Part shown: positions 18,373-27,734 of the stretch, in pieces
How positions within the stretch are numbered: the first letter of the stretch is position 1
Layout: every line of letters begins with the position of its first letter
Source: an uncultured Candidatus Woesearchaeota archaeon
Lineage (GTDB): Archaea; Nanobdellota; Nanobdellia; Woesearchaeales; GW2011-AR9
NCBI GenBank assembly: GCA_902529885.1
Contig: CABZYC010000002.1
Coordinates: 1-59,611, forward strand
Length of the DNA: 59,611 nucleotides
Reading direction: 5' to 3'
Notes under the pieces: model-generated
What the model saw: only the letters and a program-made list of their open reading frames with translations
Database searches by the model: none
What the model was told of the DNA's origin: nothing
Program-made: the position numbers and the translations under genes

Positions 18373-19007
18373 ACGAAGTTTCAAAACATGTAACGATTTT
18401 ACTTATTGACCTTGCAGGGTACACTTCTAGGACAGTAGAAAGTACGAGGGAACAACTTATTAAACTTCAAGACACGTTCGACGAATTAGTAACCCCTATT
18501 ATCCCCGAAAATAAAGGATCAATAATTAAAAAAATGGGTGATGCATTTTTATGCTCGTTTGAATCACCAACGAATGCAGTCAAATGTGCAGAAAAATTAC
18601 AAAAAAGGTTTAAACTTTATAGATTAAAACATCGTAAAAAAATGCATATTAGGGCAATGTTACATTGTGGAGAAGTACTATTTAAGGACAGTGACGTTTA
18701 TGGTTCAACAGTAAACCTTTGTGCAAGGATAGAAAAGATAACTCCAAAAGATGAAATCTATTTCTCTGCCCCATTATTACACAGTGTTAACAAGAATGAA
18801 ATATCAGCAATATATGTTGGATCATTCCTGTTTAAAGGTTTTAACAAAAAAATGCGAATCTACAAAGTCAAAAATTTGAAAGACGTTAATAATAAATTTT
18901 TCAAAATTGTCAAACAAAGCGCAATTGTAGTTTCAGCTTCCGTAATCATTTTTTTTAGTACAAAATATGTAATTGAAAATATTAATGTTCTACAAACACT
19001 TATTTGA
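18369..19007 (+). CDS. class III adenylate/guanylate cyclase domain protein with C-terminal TM anchor
   Basis: LLIDLAGYTSRT (metal Asp), IKKMGDAFLC, MLHCGEV, and DVYGSTVNLCARIEK. A C-terminal hydrophobic helix is AIVVSASVIIFFSTKYV. Confidence 0.75.
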   Translation: MNEVSKHVTILLIDLAGYTSRTVESTREQLIKLQDTFDELVTPIIPENKGSIIKKMGDAFLCSFESPTNAVKCAEKLQKRFKLYRLKHRKKMHIRAMLHCGEVLFKDSDVYGSTVNLCARIEKITPKDEIYFSAPLLHSVNKNEISAIYVGSFLFKGFNKKMRIYKVKNLKDVNNKFFKIVKQSAIVVSASVIIFFSTKYVIENINVLQTLI

Positions 19008-19191
19008 TTGGTGCTTCAGCCATACTTACTAAACTTGCAACCATCATTAATACAAATGTTAACAAAGACGCAATACCTAGTTTAGGGTTTAGAGGGTAAA
19101 GCAAATAAACCGTGATCAAAATACCAAATATTGAAATTAGCATAAAAGAACTTTTTAGCGGTACAACATGATACTTTGGAAAAATTTTCAT
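19000..19191 (-). CDS. small two-TM membrane protein
   Basis: 63-aa hydrophobic ORF. Confidence 0.4.
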   Translation of the reverse strand: MKIFPKYHVVPLKSSFMLISIFGILITVYLLYPLNPKLGIASLLTFVLMMVASLVSMAEAPIK

Positions 19192-19206
19192 AAAGTAGAT
19201 AATACT

Positions 19207-20235
19207 TCATTCCTTAAAAAACTTGCTTAAACGAGGAGTTGTTTGCTGTTGATAATTTGTACCATGAGTATCATAATTGAACGGTTTACCATCCACTAAA
19301 GGAACATCCCTTAATTTATCAACACGCATATGGCAAATTGCTTCACCATGCTGTAGATATACATCTTCATATGGCCTAATCTCAAGAACAATATTGTTTG
19401 GATGACTGTATCCAAAACCAGGATCAATAAAACCAGCATAATGTATACGTAAATCTCCACCTTCAACACTTAATGGATGAAGCACACCTGCTTCTTTTGG
19501 ATCAATACTAACCTTATCATGCGTCATAAAAATTCCGAACTCGCCCCTTTTTAACAAATATCTCCCATTATCAACAACAATTCTTTCCCAAAAATCTTCC
19601 ACTTTATGATCATAACAATCAAGGTCTACTGGGTGACAAACCTGTTTTGCCTTATACCCTACAAAACCATCTGCTAAATACAAATGAAGTTTGTTTGATG
19701 GTTGCACAACATTATCACGGTAAACTTGGCTACGAGTTAATACAGGGCCAGATTGAGGTTGCATAAAACGAAGTTGGGTTAAAGGTGTACCAGGCGACAA
19801 TCGTACTGGAAAACTGTTTGGACTAATTATAGCATACATTGGACCATTATAATTTGCAGGTACAACATCAAAACCTGGGTAACCGTCAACCAATGTACGG
19901 ACATGCAAATCTAACCTTCCAATAGAACTCTTAGGACTAACCTCTATGTTTGTTGGCGCAGGTTTAAAACCAGGCGTAAGTTGAACTAAATAATGAAAAC
20001 GAGGTAATAATGGTTGATCCGCTATACTGAATCTATGAGTACCGTAAGTATCAAGCAATTCTTGTACTGGTTGACCTGGAAGCGGTTTAATTACACCTGG
20101 AAGAACGTGTACTTTGTCCGATGCAACAATTGCATCAAGACTTGCAGGTTGTACATGGCGAGCCATGTAACCTTGCAATAAACCACCTTCACCCCATCGA
20201 CGTATATCCTGTGCTGGAAATACAAACCTCGTCAT
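19207..20235 (-). CDS. dCTP deaminase-family protein, long (about 340 aa) form
   Basis: The C-terminal half carries the dUTPase-fold signature HYAGFIDPGFG and IVLEIRP. The length is about twice that of the canonical Dcd. Confidence 0.6.
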   Translation of the reverse strand: MTRFVFPAQDIRRWGEGGLLQGYMARHVQPASLDAIVASDKVHVLPGVIKPLPGQPVQELLDTYGTHRFSIADQPLLPRFHYLVQLTPGFKPAPTNIEVSPKSSIGRLDLHVRTLVDGYPGFDVVPANYNGPMYAIISPNSFPVRLSPGTPLTQLRFMQPQSGPVLTRSQVYRDNVVQPSNKLHLYLADGFVGYKAKQVCHPVDLDCYDHKVEDFWERIVVDNGRYLLKRGEFGIFMTHDKVSIDPKEAGVLHPLSVEGGDLRIHYAGFIDPGFGYSHPNNIVLEIRPYEDVYLQHGEAICHMRVDKLRDVPLVDGKPFNYDTHGTNYQQQTTPRLSKFFKE

Positions 20236-20277
20236 CTATTAACCGTAAACCTGGTTTTACTTAAAAATACGTTGAAA

Positions 20278-21342
20278 CTACAAAAAATAGTTGTCAGTCT
20301 CAATCTCCACACATTTATCTTTGGGGGACACCTTAAGAACATAACTTTTCGCACGTAATGCAAGCAATTCATTATGTGGTAACATTTTGGTTGAATTTAA
20401 TAATGATTGAACTTCACCGTATTTTTCATATATTAACTCGCCTTTACGTTGATTCTGATCAATTTGTTGCTGCAAAGATTTTTCTTGCGAATGTTGTTCG
20501 TCAAGTATCCTTTGTACTTGGAGACGCTTCTGTTCGTAAGGATTAATTTCATCTTTTGGGACAAACTGTGCTAAAACATCTATTAAACGATGTTCCATCT
20601 TTAGAGAACCATCAACTTGGATGGCGCTAGGCATCAACCCTTCTTGGAACCGATCAAGAGATAATATTTCAGACCTTATCTGTTGTAAAGTATTCCATAA
20701 TAAATCAGTGTTATCCACTCTTACTTCTTGCAAACTTAACCCTGCACGATGAACACACTCATTCGCGTACCGGCCACCTAAACCAACCACTGTAGCCATA
20801 GTTGTAACAAGATTACGTCGATCACTCTCATGTACAGCTTTATCAAAATCTCCACGATTACAATTCCTCCAATTAAACAAGGGAGGAGGGAAAACATAAG
20901 TTTCATTCACTTGGACCGCACGATCTTTTGTAATCTGCCGACCCATAGATGCAATAATCTTTTTTTCTTCTAATAAAACAAAACTTCCTTTGTTAAAAAA
21001 TTCTACCACCAAGGTATAAGGTTCAGGTTTAGTAAGTTCAATGATAATAACTCGTTCAGCCTCATGCTGACGTATAGATTGTATACGTGCAAGACTTATC
21101 TTTTTTCTTAACAGCATACATAAACTTGTTGGGGGCGGCATTTTCTCTTTTGTAGAGGTCATAAACAACATCTTGCCAGGAATAATGTGGAGATATTCTT
21201 TACCCCGTTTGGTATATAATTGTAACACAATATGACGTTTACTCGGCTGATAGATTTGCTGGATTTTTCCACCAGTAGAATATTGTAATTCTGCCACAAT
21301 GGCTGCTAGATCCACACTTGAAAAGGAATATTTCATTGTCAT
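20278..21342 (-). CDS. NFACT (FbpA/Rqc2-like) N-terminal domain protein, short form (start taken at MTMKYSF)
   Basis: NFACT-N-like N-terminus (DLAAIVAELQ...GKIQQIYQP..R.IVLQL), an HhH-like middle and a C-terminal coiled coil. The ORF-track start at 21372 would overlap tRNA-Cys. Confidence 0.55.
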   Translation of the reverse strand: MTMKYSFSSVDLAAIVAELQYSTGGKIQQIYQPSKRHIVLQLYTKRGKEYLHIIPGKMLFMTSTKEKMPPPTSLCMLLRKKISLARIQSIRQHEAERVIIIELTKPEPYTLVVEFFNKGSFVLLEEKKIIASMGRQITKDRAVQVNETYVFPPPLFNWRNCNRGDFDKAVHESDRRNLVTTMATVVGLGGRYANECVHRAGLSLQEVRVDNTDLLWNTLQQIRSEILSLDRFQEGLMPSAIQVDGSLKMEHRLIDVLAQFVPKDEINPYEQKRLQVQRILDEQHSQEKSLQQQIDQNQRKGELIYEKYGEVQSLLNSTKMLPHNELLALRAKSYVLKVSPKDKCVEIETDNYFL

Positions 21343-21347
21343 AAATA

Positions 21348-21420
21348 AGGGCTTGGTGGGACTCGAACCCACGAATCACCGCTTTGCAGGCAGTTGCCTT
21401 AGCCGCTTGGCTACAAACCC
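21348..21420 (-). tRNA. tRNA-Cys (GCA)
   Basis: Minus strand GGGUUUGUAGCCAAGCGGCUAAGGCAACUGCCUGCAAAGCGGUGAUUCGUGGGUUCGAGUCCCACCAAGCCC folds as a cloverleaf. It has a 7-bp acceptor stem, anticodon loop CUGCAAA and T-loop GGUUCGAGUCC. No encoded CCA. Confidence 0.92.
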
Positions 21421-21442
21421 CTACACCATGCATATAAGGACT

Positions 21443-21454
21443 GGTTTATAAAGA
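21443..21454 (-). promoter_or_regulatory. TATA box upstream of tRNA-Cys
   Basis: Minus strand TCTTTATAAACC lies 23-34 nt upstream of the tRNA 5' end. Confidence 0.5.
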
Positions 21455-21473
21455 TTATTAAAACAAAGTAAAA

Positions 21474-21548
21474 CGGGCCCGGAGGGATTTGAACCCTCGA
21501 CCTACAGCTTAGAAGGCTGTCGCCATATCCAGACTAGGCCACGGGCCC
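21474..21548 (-). tRNA. tRNA-Arg (UCU)
   Basis: Minus strand GGGCCCGUGGCCUAGUCUGGAUAUGGCGACAGCCUUCUAAGCUGUAGGUCGAGGGUUCAAAUCCCUCCGGGCCC. Anticodon stem ACAGC/GCUGU, loop CUUCUAA, T-loop GGUUCAAAUCC. Confidence 0.92.
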
Positions 21549-21574
21549 GTAAAAATAATGATAAAAAAAAAGAA

Positions 21575-21584
21575 GTTATAAATT
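21575..21584 (-). promoter_or_regulatory. TATA box upstream of tRNA-Arg
   Basis: Minus strand AATTTATAAC lies 27-36 nt upstream of the tRNA 5' end. Confidence 0.45.
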
Positions 21585-22179
21585 ATTCTATTGTAACAGA
21601 CGTAATTACAATATCTGTTGAAGGTTGATCACGCATGTTAGTATCAACATTACCAATAGAATCAATTATATCCATACCTTCTACAATCTTCCCGAAAACA
21701 GGATGTTTACTTTGTGTTGGAGGTTTATCCCAATCAAGATATGTGTTGTCCACCAAATTTATGAAAAATTGTGAACCGCCACTATTAGGCCCACTATTAG
21801 CCATACTCAGTGTACCCCTCACATTACTTAGACCTTCAACAAACTCATCTTCTATGGTGTAGCCCGGACCACCTGTACCCCATATATCACGTGAAGACTC
21901 ATTCTTGCTTTGAGGATCGCCACCTTGTATCATAAAACTGTCAATGACACGGTGAAAACGTTGACCATCGTAATAACCTTGTTCAATCAAGGTTTTCATG
22001 TTACCTGCTGTAACTGGCATTTGATCAAGGTAAAGTTCAACCTTAAACGTGCCCATACTTGTTTCAAATATTGCAATTGGATTCATTGTTTCTTCCGTTA
22101 GTGTTGATGCGCCGTCAATAGAATCGCCTAATGAACACGCACTCAACATAAAAATTAAGATTATTAAATAATTTTTCAT
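21583..22179 (-). CDS. cyclophilin-type peptidyl-prolyl isomerase, predicted lipoprotein (start taken at MKNYLII, ATGA-coupled to top6A)
   Basis: Cyclophilin core FHRVIDSFMIQGGDP and GTLSMANSGPNSGGSQFFI. The N-terminus [15 protein letters not shown] has the lipobox L-S-A-C. Confidence 0.88.
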   Translation of the reverse strand: MKNYLIILIFMLSACSLGDSIDGASTLTEETMNPIAIFETSMGTFKVELYLDQMPVTAGNMKTLIEQGYYDGQRFHRVIDSFMIQGGDPQSKNESSRDIWGTGGPGYTIEDEFVEGLSNVRGTLSMANSGPNSGGSQFFINLVDNTYLDWDKPPTQSKHPVFGKIVEGMDIIDSIGNVDTNMRDQPSTDIVITSVTIE

Positions 22180-23261
22180 GGTAACCAACTCTTTTTGTTT
22201 TTAAGTTTCTCAGGAAGATATGTTTCTAGCACATAATTTAAACTGTGTGCACTAAAGGCTTGTTGCTCAACACGAACCTTGCTTTTCACCATATCGTTCA
22301 ACGCTTTTTGCCACTCTTTATGATGTTGAACAAAAGGATCATTTTTCAAACCATCTTTTAAACGTTTAATATCAACATCTTTCAGGGGATGAGTCGGGAG
22401 ATTATATTTTTTAATATCAGAAGGAGTAACACCAATATATTCTGCTCGGGGAACACAAAAAAATTCATTAATGTGAGCAGCGTTACCAGACCCTACTTTT
22501 AATGTACGATAAATATTCAAGTACCCGTAAGGGTCACCATCAGTAAATACGTATACAGGAAGATCATGTTGATCACTAAGTTTTCTTATAAAACGTCGTG
22601 TAGCTCGACTAGGCACACCTTTCAAACTTATTAAAACACAATTTTGATTCTTCCAAAATTTATGGTACACTAAACGTTGGTACATACCCGATGTTTCAAT
22701 CGCAAGAATAAATTTGGCTTTAGTCTTAAATTTGAAATGTTCTACACTATTAGGTATGTTATAACCGCCAGTCCCAAACTTTGAACAGTCAACTTCAACT
22801 TTTTCTCCAGTCACTGGGTCTTTATCAACAATTATAACGTTCCCAGTCACTGCAGACCCGTCTTCGTCAGGAATAAAACCTAATTGTTCACGGTTAACCC
22901 TAACCATTGCTTCGACATCGTCCATGATAGAATCTGATTCAGACTGTTCTTTAAACCCAGCATCACCCCAGCTACCTTTACTTTGATAATAAGCATCCCT
23001 CTTCGTTGCAATATCTTGAGTTTCAACCAATTGTTTACTTAAAGACATCATTCGAAGTGTTTGTGCAAACGTCTTAATGGTTGAAGCGGTTAAAGTACGA
23101 GTTTTGGTCCGACCTTGTTGTTTGAAATAACCGTCTTTCAAATTGTATCCTACATTAGATAAACTTCTAATTGGCATCTCAAGTTCAGGTTTATCAAGAC
23201 TCATGATACTTGAATATACATTCTTAGCCACACGTTCTAAATTTTCAATCACTCTTTTCAT
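22176..23261 (-). CDS. top6A: DNA topoisomerase VI subunit A (Spo11 family)
   Basis: 361-aa ORF with a winged-helix region (including the expected Tyr region) and a Toprim region ([22 protein letters not shown]). It lies immediately downstream of top6B. Confidence 0.9.
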   Translation of the reverse strand: MKRVIENLERVAKNVYSSIMSLDKPELEMPIRSLSNVGYNLKDGYFKQQGRTKTRTLTASTIKTFAQTLRMMSLSKQLVETQDIATKRDAYYQSKGSWGDAGFKEQSESDSIMDDVEAMVRVNREQLGFIPDEDGSAVTGNVIIVDKDPVTGEKVEVDCSKFGTGGYNIPNSVEHFKFKTKAKFILAIETSGMYQRLVYHKFWKNQNCVLISLKGVPSRATRRFIRKLSDQHDLPVYVFTDGDPYGYLNIYRTLKVGSGNAAHINEFFCVPRAEYIGVTPSDIKKYNLPTHPLKDVDIKRLKDGLKNDPFVQHHKEWQKALNDMVKSKVRVEQQAFSAHSLNYVLETYLPEKLKNKKSWLP

Positions 23262-24885
23262 TTTCTTTCCCTATGTTTGCAAAAGCTTCGTCATATTCAC
23301 TATTCTTTTCTGCAACTTCCTTAACTGTGCCTCTTGTTTTCTCTAAAATGTCTGCCAAATGCTCTTCAATCTGGTCAACATCACTCTCATTCAAACTCAT
23401 TAAATCTTTTAATGCGTCAGCAACATGAGGTATATATTTCTCAATCAACGAGCGTTTTTGTAACTCTTTTTTAAGCTTGTTTTTCTTGTTTGTGTACGCC
23501 ATTAATTGACGGCCAACATCTTGTAACGCAAGCCGTATCTCTTTCATTATATCAGTATAGTGTGCCAAGGCTTCTTTACTTTCTGAAGTAAAAGGTACCC
23601 ATACAGATGCCATATGCACAACTATTGTACACGGGCCAACAGGGATACTACTCCTACTTTGCTGCAAGCCATAAGACTTCCAACCAACACCGCCTAACTG
23701 TTTAGTTATTGCACACGCACCTTGTTGGTATTGTAAAGGAACACGATTTGCGTATCGTAATAAACGTATTTGCCCATCAGATTTTTGATCGCCCCCGTAC
23801 GCTAAAGCTGCTTCTATTATGAAAGGGTTACCCCTATATACTGAAGCTGGCCGAGTAGTGCTACAATAAAATTCCGCATTAATCTCTTTCCGAAGACCTT
23901 TCTCTAACAAAAGAGCAGTTATAGGAGAGATACATTCAGTGGACGGATTTTGTATTTTAGTATTATTAATCCCTTTTAACAACATTTCAATTTGGTCACG
24001 AGTAAGTTCTTTCGGCTTAGCTTTGGGTAAAATAGATGCATGCTGCAAAATATCTTTACTACAAGATGGACTAACTTTACTAAAATCAGTCTGTAAAAAC
24101 TGGTGCATTGTTTTAGAATAAGTGTTCTCTGCCATGTGCATCAGCCGACCAAGCTCTACACCATAAGGATGAGGTTTAATTTCTTTTGGTTCTGGTGGGA
24201 GGTTATCTGTTGCACGAGCAAAAACATATTGTTCAGCTAGAGGATTAGTATAGATTATTGTTGTATGAGGGTTAACTATGGCAGTTTGTTTTAAGTATGC
24301 GTCAACACTAGTACGGCCCTTTGCATAACTCCCTTCCATATCCATCTCTATACGCGTACCATGATCTTTACCTGGCCAGTCCATTATTTTTTCAAACATA
24401 ATATCTGGCTCATTTGTACTGGTGTTAATCTTTAATTTACAATGATAAGCTTTCTTGTTTGGACCGACCTTTGACATAATAGAAATTGGTTTACCAGTGG
24501 TTAACTGAGCATAAAGTGCAGCTGCACTGATCCCTATTCCTTGCTGACCACGAGTCTGTGCAAGTTTATGAAATTTACTCCCATACAACAATTTGGCAAA
24601 TATTTTTGGTACTTGCTTTTTGATTATACCTGGACCATTATCTTCTACTATAACTTTAAAGCGATCATCCGACAATTGTATTAATTCAACAGAAATCTCT
24701 GGCAAAATCCGAGCTTCTTCACATGCATCGAGTGCATTATCAACTGCTTCTTTTATTGTTGTCAATAAACTTTTTCGGGGATTATCAAAACCTAATAAAT
24801 GCCTGTTCTTCTCGAAAAATTCCGCAATAGATATTGAACGTTGCTTTTTAGCAAGTTCATCTGCTGTTCGTCTTCCCATATGCAA
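23245..24885 (-). CDS. top6B: DNA topoisomerase VI subunit B (GHKL ATPase)
   Basis: Bergerat fold motifs [15 protein letters not shown] and [10 protein letters not shown], followed by a transducer domain. Confidence 0.92.
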   Translation of the reverse strand: MHMGRRTADELAKKQRSISIAEFFEKNRHLLGFDNPRKSLLTTIKEAVDNALDACEEARILPEISVELIQLSDDRFKVIVEDNGPGIIKKQVPKIFAKLLYGSKFHKLAQTRGQQGIGISAAALYAQLTTGKPISIMSKVGPNKKAYHCKLKINTSTNEPDIMFEKIMDWPGKDHGTRIEMDMEGSYAKGRTSVDAYLKQTAIVNPHTTIIYTNPLAEQYVFARATDNLPPEPKEIKPHPYGVELGRLMHMAENTYSKTMHQFLQTDFSKVSPSCSKDILQHASILPKAKPKELTRDQIEMLLKGINNTKIQNPSTECISPITALLLEKGLRKEINAEFYCSTTRPASVYRGNPFIIEAALAYGGDQKSDGQIRLLRYANRVPLQYQQGACAITKQLGGVGWKSYGLQQSRSSIPVGPCTIVVHMASVWVPFTSESKEALAHYTDIMKEIRLALQDVGRQLMAYTNKKNKLKKELQKRSLIEKYIPHVADALKDLMSLNESDVDQIEEHLADILEKTRGTVKEVAEKNSEYDEAFANIGKENEKSD

Positions 24886-24908
24886 AAGACAAAAGTTATA
24901 CTATATAA

Positions 24909-25445
24909 TTACATCGACTGAAAATGTTTTTCCTTAATTACCTTCTCAAGATACTTGTAAACTGTCCGATGCATTGCGCCACCAACCAACATACTTATTG
25001 CACGGTGAGCATACACAATGTCTTCGCTGTCCCCTATGATAGACACAGTCTTACCATAAACACAAATGTAACATTTAGTTAAATCTTCAAGCACCCTACG
25101 GCTTTTACCTTTAGCACCAATCAGCCTTGACCTTACACGTTCTAATTGATTTTGGTTCTGCCCAACTGCATCACGCAAAGAAATAATCTCGAGTACATAA
25201 TCTTGTTTTAACAAATTGAATGCAACTGCAGGATTAAAACCCCTAGCAATAGCCCGGACAATTTGGTTCGCAATATAAAGTTTTAATGCGTCGTCACCTT
25301 GAACTTGAACTATACCTTCTTCATCAATATGTAATAAAGAACCAGTCTCATTTTGAATCTTTAGTTTTGTACTACCTTCTTTACCAATTAAAACAGGGAC
25401 ACGATCTTTTGGAACTTTTATTTCATAGGTGTACATATCTTCCAT
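24909..25445 (-). CDS. KH-domain RNA-binding protein (Dim2/Pno1-like)
   Basis: Two KH-like modules (LIGKEGSTKLKI; LIGAKGKSRRVLE). It is adjacent to a RIO kinase, as in many archaea. Confidence 0.75.
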   Translation of the reverse strand: MEDMYTYEIKVPKDRVPVLIGKEGSTKLKIQNETGSLLHIDEEGIVQVQGDDALKLYIANQIVRAIARGFNPAVAFNLLKQDYVLEIISLRDAVGQNQNQLERVRSRLIGAKGKSRRVLEDLTKCYICVYGKTVSIIGDSEDIVYAHRAISMLVGGAMHRTVYKYLEKVIKEKHFQSM

Positions 25446-25471
25446 AAAATGTTGAAGATACGAATTGTTTT

Positions 25472-26176
25472 TTAAACCTTTGTCACAGAGTTATACATTG
25501 TTTCAATGTTAAGATCTAAACCACGCTTAGAAAAAAATTGTTTTATATTAGATAAATCTCGTCTTAAATACTCATCAGCATAATCACTCTTAACACTTAT
25601 ACCTTGACTAAAATCTATGAACCACACTTTTTGATTATGGTATAATATGTTAAAACTACTCAAGTCCCCGTGCACTAAACCACCGTCACAATACAACTTT
25701 TTATAATTCTCTATTATATCTTGAGCACATTGTTTTGGATTCTCAATAATGGCATCTTTCAAACGAGGCGCGGGGTCCCCTATCAATTGTTCAACTAAGA
25801 TATGATTACGACAAGCAAAAGTTTCAGGTACACGTACACCCACACTTTTAGCTTTTAACAAATTTGTATACTCTCTTTGACACCACGTGAAAATTACGTC
25901 TCGAGGCCTGTGCCGAACAGTTTTAAAACGTGGGTCTTGTATAATTAAACGATACATTTGCTTAAAATCACAATTTTGAACACGGTATATCTTCACTAAT
26001 CTGTCACCTTCCCGGTGACTAGTTGTAAACACATTACTTTCCTTCCCTACAAACAACGTTCTACTAAGCTCAGTTATGTGCCCATGACTTTCTAGGTAAA
26101 ACAAGGTTCTATTCGTAAACGCATCAAACACACCATTATATGTCCTAAAACGTTCTTGAGAAGTTTCTGTAACCAT
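25472..26176 (-). CDS. rio1: RIO-type serine/threonine protein kinase
   Basis: GKESNVF, the catalytic loop LVHGDLSSFNIL, and IDFSQ metal binding. Confidence 0.88.
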   Translation of the reverse strand: MVTETSQERFRTYNGVFDAFTNRTLFYLESHGHITELSRTLFVGKESNVFTTSHREGDRLVKIYRVQNCDFKQMYRLIIQDPRFKTVRHRPRDVIFTWCQREYTNLLKAKSVGVRVPETFACRNHILVEQLIGDPAPRLKDAIIENPKQCAQDIIENYKKLYCDGGLVHGDLSSFNILYHNQKVWFIDFSQGISVKSDYADEYLRRDLSNIKQFFSKRGLDLNIETMYNSVTKV

Positions 26177-26439
26177 ACCTTACCTTAAAACAAGACTTAT
26201 TTATGAAATATTCGGTTTGGTTAAATCGCCACTTTTTAGTAGTACTTATTATAAATATGTGGTCCTTTTAGAATAAAGTATTACACCTTTGGTGCCATCG
26301 AGGATGACACCGAAGACTTTATATAAGCAATACAAAGAAAATAATATGCCTGTTATGAGAGTAACCCAGGGGAATTTACGGCAAAGCCAAGTTATGAACT
26401 TGGGGGTTAATAACGGGCTTCAATTTACAGGATAATCAT

Positions 26440-27699
26440 ATGGCAAAAATAAGTCCAATCGCATCAAAATATATTGTTCATACATCAATCAAAATAGATG
26501 GTATGGTTGACCGCCCAGACGTAATAGGGGCAGTCTTCGGCCAAACTGAAGGATTGTTGGGGAACGAACTGGAGCTTCGCGAACTTCAAAGGTCAGGCAA
26601 AATTGGCCGGATCGAAGTTAACCTTGAAGCTAAAGGAGGAAAAACATCGGGTGAAATTATTATCCCGAGTAGTCTAGACAAAACACAAACCGCCATTATT
26701 GGCGCAGCATTAGAAGTTATTCAAAGAATAGGGCCGTGTAATAGCGAGATTAAAGTCCTAAGTATAGAAGACGTAAGAATAACTAAAAGACGCTTTGTAA
26801 TTGATAGAGCAAAAGAGCTTTTATTCCACCTTACAACTGATACATTACCAGACAGCCAAGAGTTAAGTTCTGAAGTATCTGAATCAGTAAGAATGATGGA
26901 GATTACAACTTTTGGACGGGCCAAATTACCTTGTGGACCTGACATAAAAGAAAGTGACGAAATTATAATTGTAGAAGGCCGAGCTGACGTGTTAACAATG
27001 CTTCGTCACGGTTTTAAAAATATCATCTCAATGAACGGTAGCAGTGCACCAAAAGAATTAGTTGAACTTACTAAAACTAAAACAACAACCGTATTTGTTG
27101 ATGGAGATAGAGGAGGAGACCTCAATATAAGAGAGTTACTCAGTGTTGCAGAGATCGATTTTACATGTAAAGCTCCTGACGGGAAAGAAGTTGAAGAGTT
27201 AACTAAAAAAGAAGTTCACAAATGTTTACGTAACAAAATTACAGTAGAACAAATTAATCTTGGAAATGAACCATTTAAAAAACAAAAGTTTAGTGAACGG
27301 AAAGATAGTAAACGAGCGCCACGCAAGGAAAAAATAACTGAGCGGAAAGATAATAAACGGGCACCCCGAAAAGAAAAACGAAGTGAACGTACTAAAAAAA
27401 CGGTTAAAATAGATCAAAAACACAAGGATATGTTCAAAGGAGCAGTAGACGATCTGATTGGTACACACGCAGCATGCATATATGACCATAAATTTGAATT
27501 GCTGGGGAAAGTTCCAATCACTGAACTTAATACTACAGTTAAAAGTTTACGCAACAAAATAACGGCCGTAGTAATGAACGGTGACGTGTCCCAAGATACA
27601 ATCACTTCTGCTGAAAAAGCTAACGTGAAAATTCTAATTGGAACAAAAGTTACCGGGACAAGTACAAACTTAACTTTACTTAGTGAAAAAGAGTTATAA
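26440..27699 (+). CDS. dnaG: archaeal DnaG-type primase (TOPRIM), with an internal Lys/Arg-rich repeat insertion
   Basis: N-terminal archaeal DnaG domain (KYIVHTSIKIDGMVDRPDVIGAVFGQTEGLLG) and TOPRIM motifs IIVEGRADV and VFVDGDRGGD. Confidence 0.9.
   Translation: MAKISPIASKYIVHTSIKIDGMVDRPDVIGAVFGQTEGLLGNELELRELQRSGKIGRIEVNLEAKGGKTSGEIIIPSSLDKTQTAIIGAALEVIQRIGPCNSEIKVLSIEDVRITKRRFVIDRAKELLFHLTTDTLPDSQELSSEVSESVRMMEITTFGRAKLPCGPDIKESDEIIIVEGRADVLTMLRHGFKNIISMNGSSAPKELVELTKTKTTTVFVDGDRGGDLNIRELLSVAEIDFTCKAPDGKEVEELTKKEVHKCLRNKITVEQINLGNEPFKKQKFSERKDSKRAPRKEKITERKDNKRAPRKEKRSERTKKTVKIDQKHKDMFKGAVDDLIGTHAACIYDHKFELLGKVPITELNTTVKSLRNKITAVVMNGDVSQDTITSAEKANVKILIGTKVTGTSTNLTLLSEKEL
27292..27390 (+). 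repeat. imperfect 45-nt tandem duplication inside dnaG (encodes ERKD(S/N)KRAPRKEK twice)
   Basis: gaacggaaagatagtaaacgagcgccacgcaaggaaaaa versus gagcggaaagataataaacgggcaccccgaaaagaaaaa, offset by 45 nt. Confidence 0.7.
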
Positions 27700-27734
27700 C
27701 AAAGCTTATAACCCTTTTTTTCTTCTTATTATAC

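Noticed and set aside
21239-21433. ORF 21239-21433 and the first 10 codons of ORF 20278-21372.
   Set aside because: They overlap tRNA-Cys (21348-21420). The tRNA cloverleaf is unambiguous, so these are spurious.
21343-21582. The tRNA pair as an integration hotspot or boundary of a mobile element.
   Set aside because: There is no integrase, no direct repeat of a tRNA 3' end and no atypical gene content on either side. The flanking genes are housekeeping (NFACT, PPIase, Topo VI).
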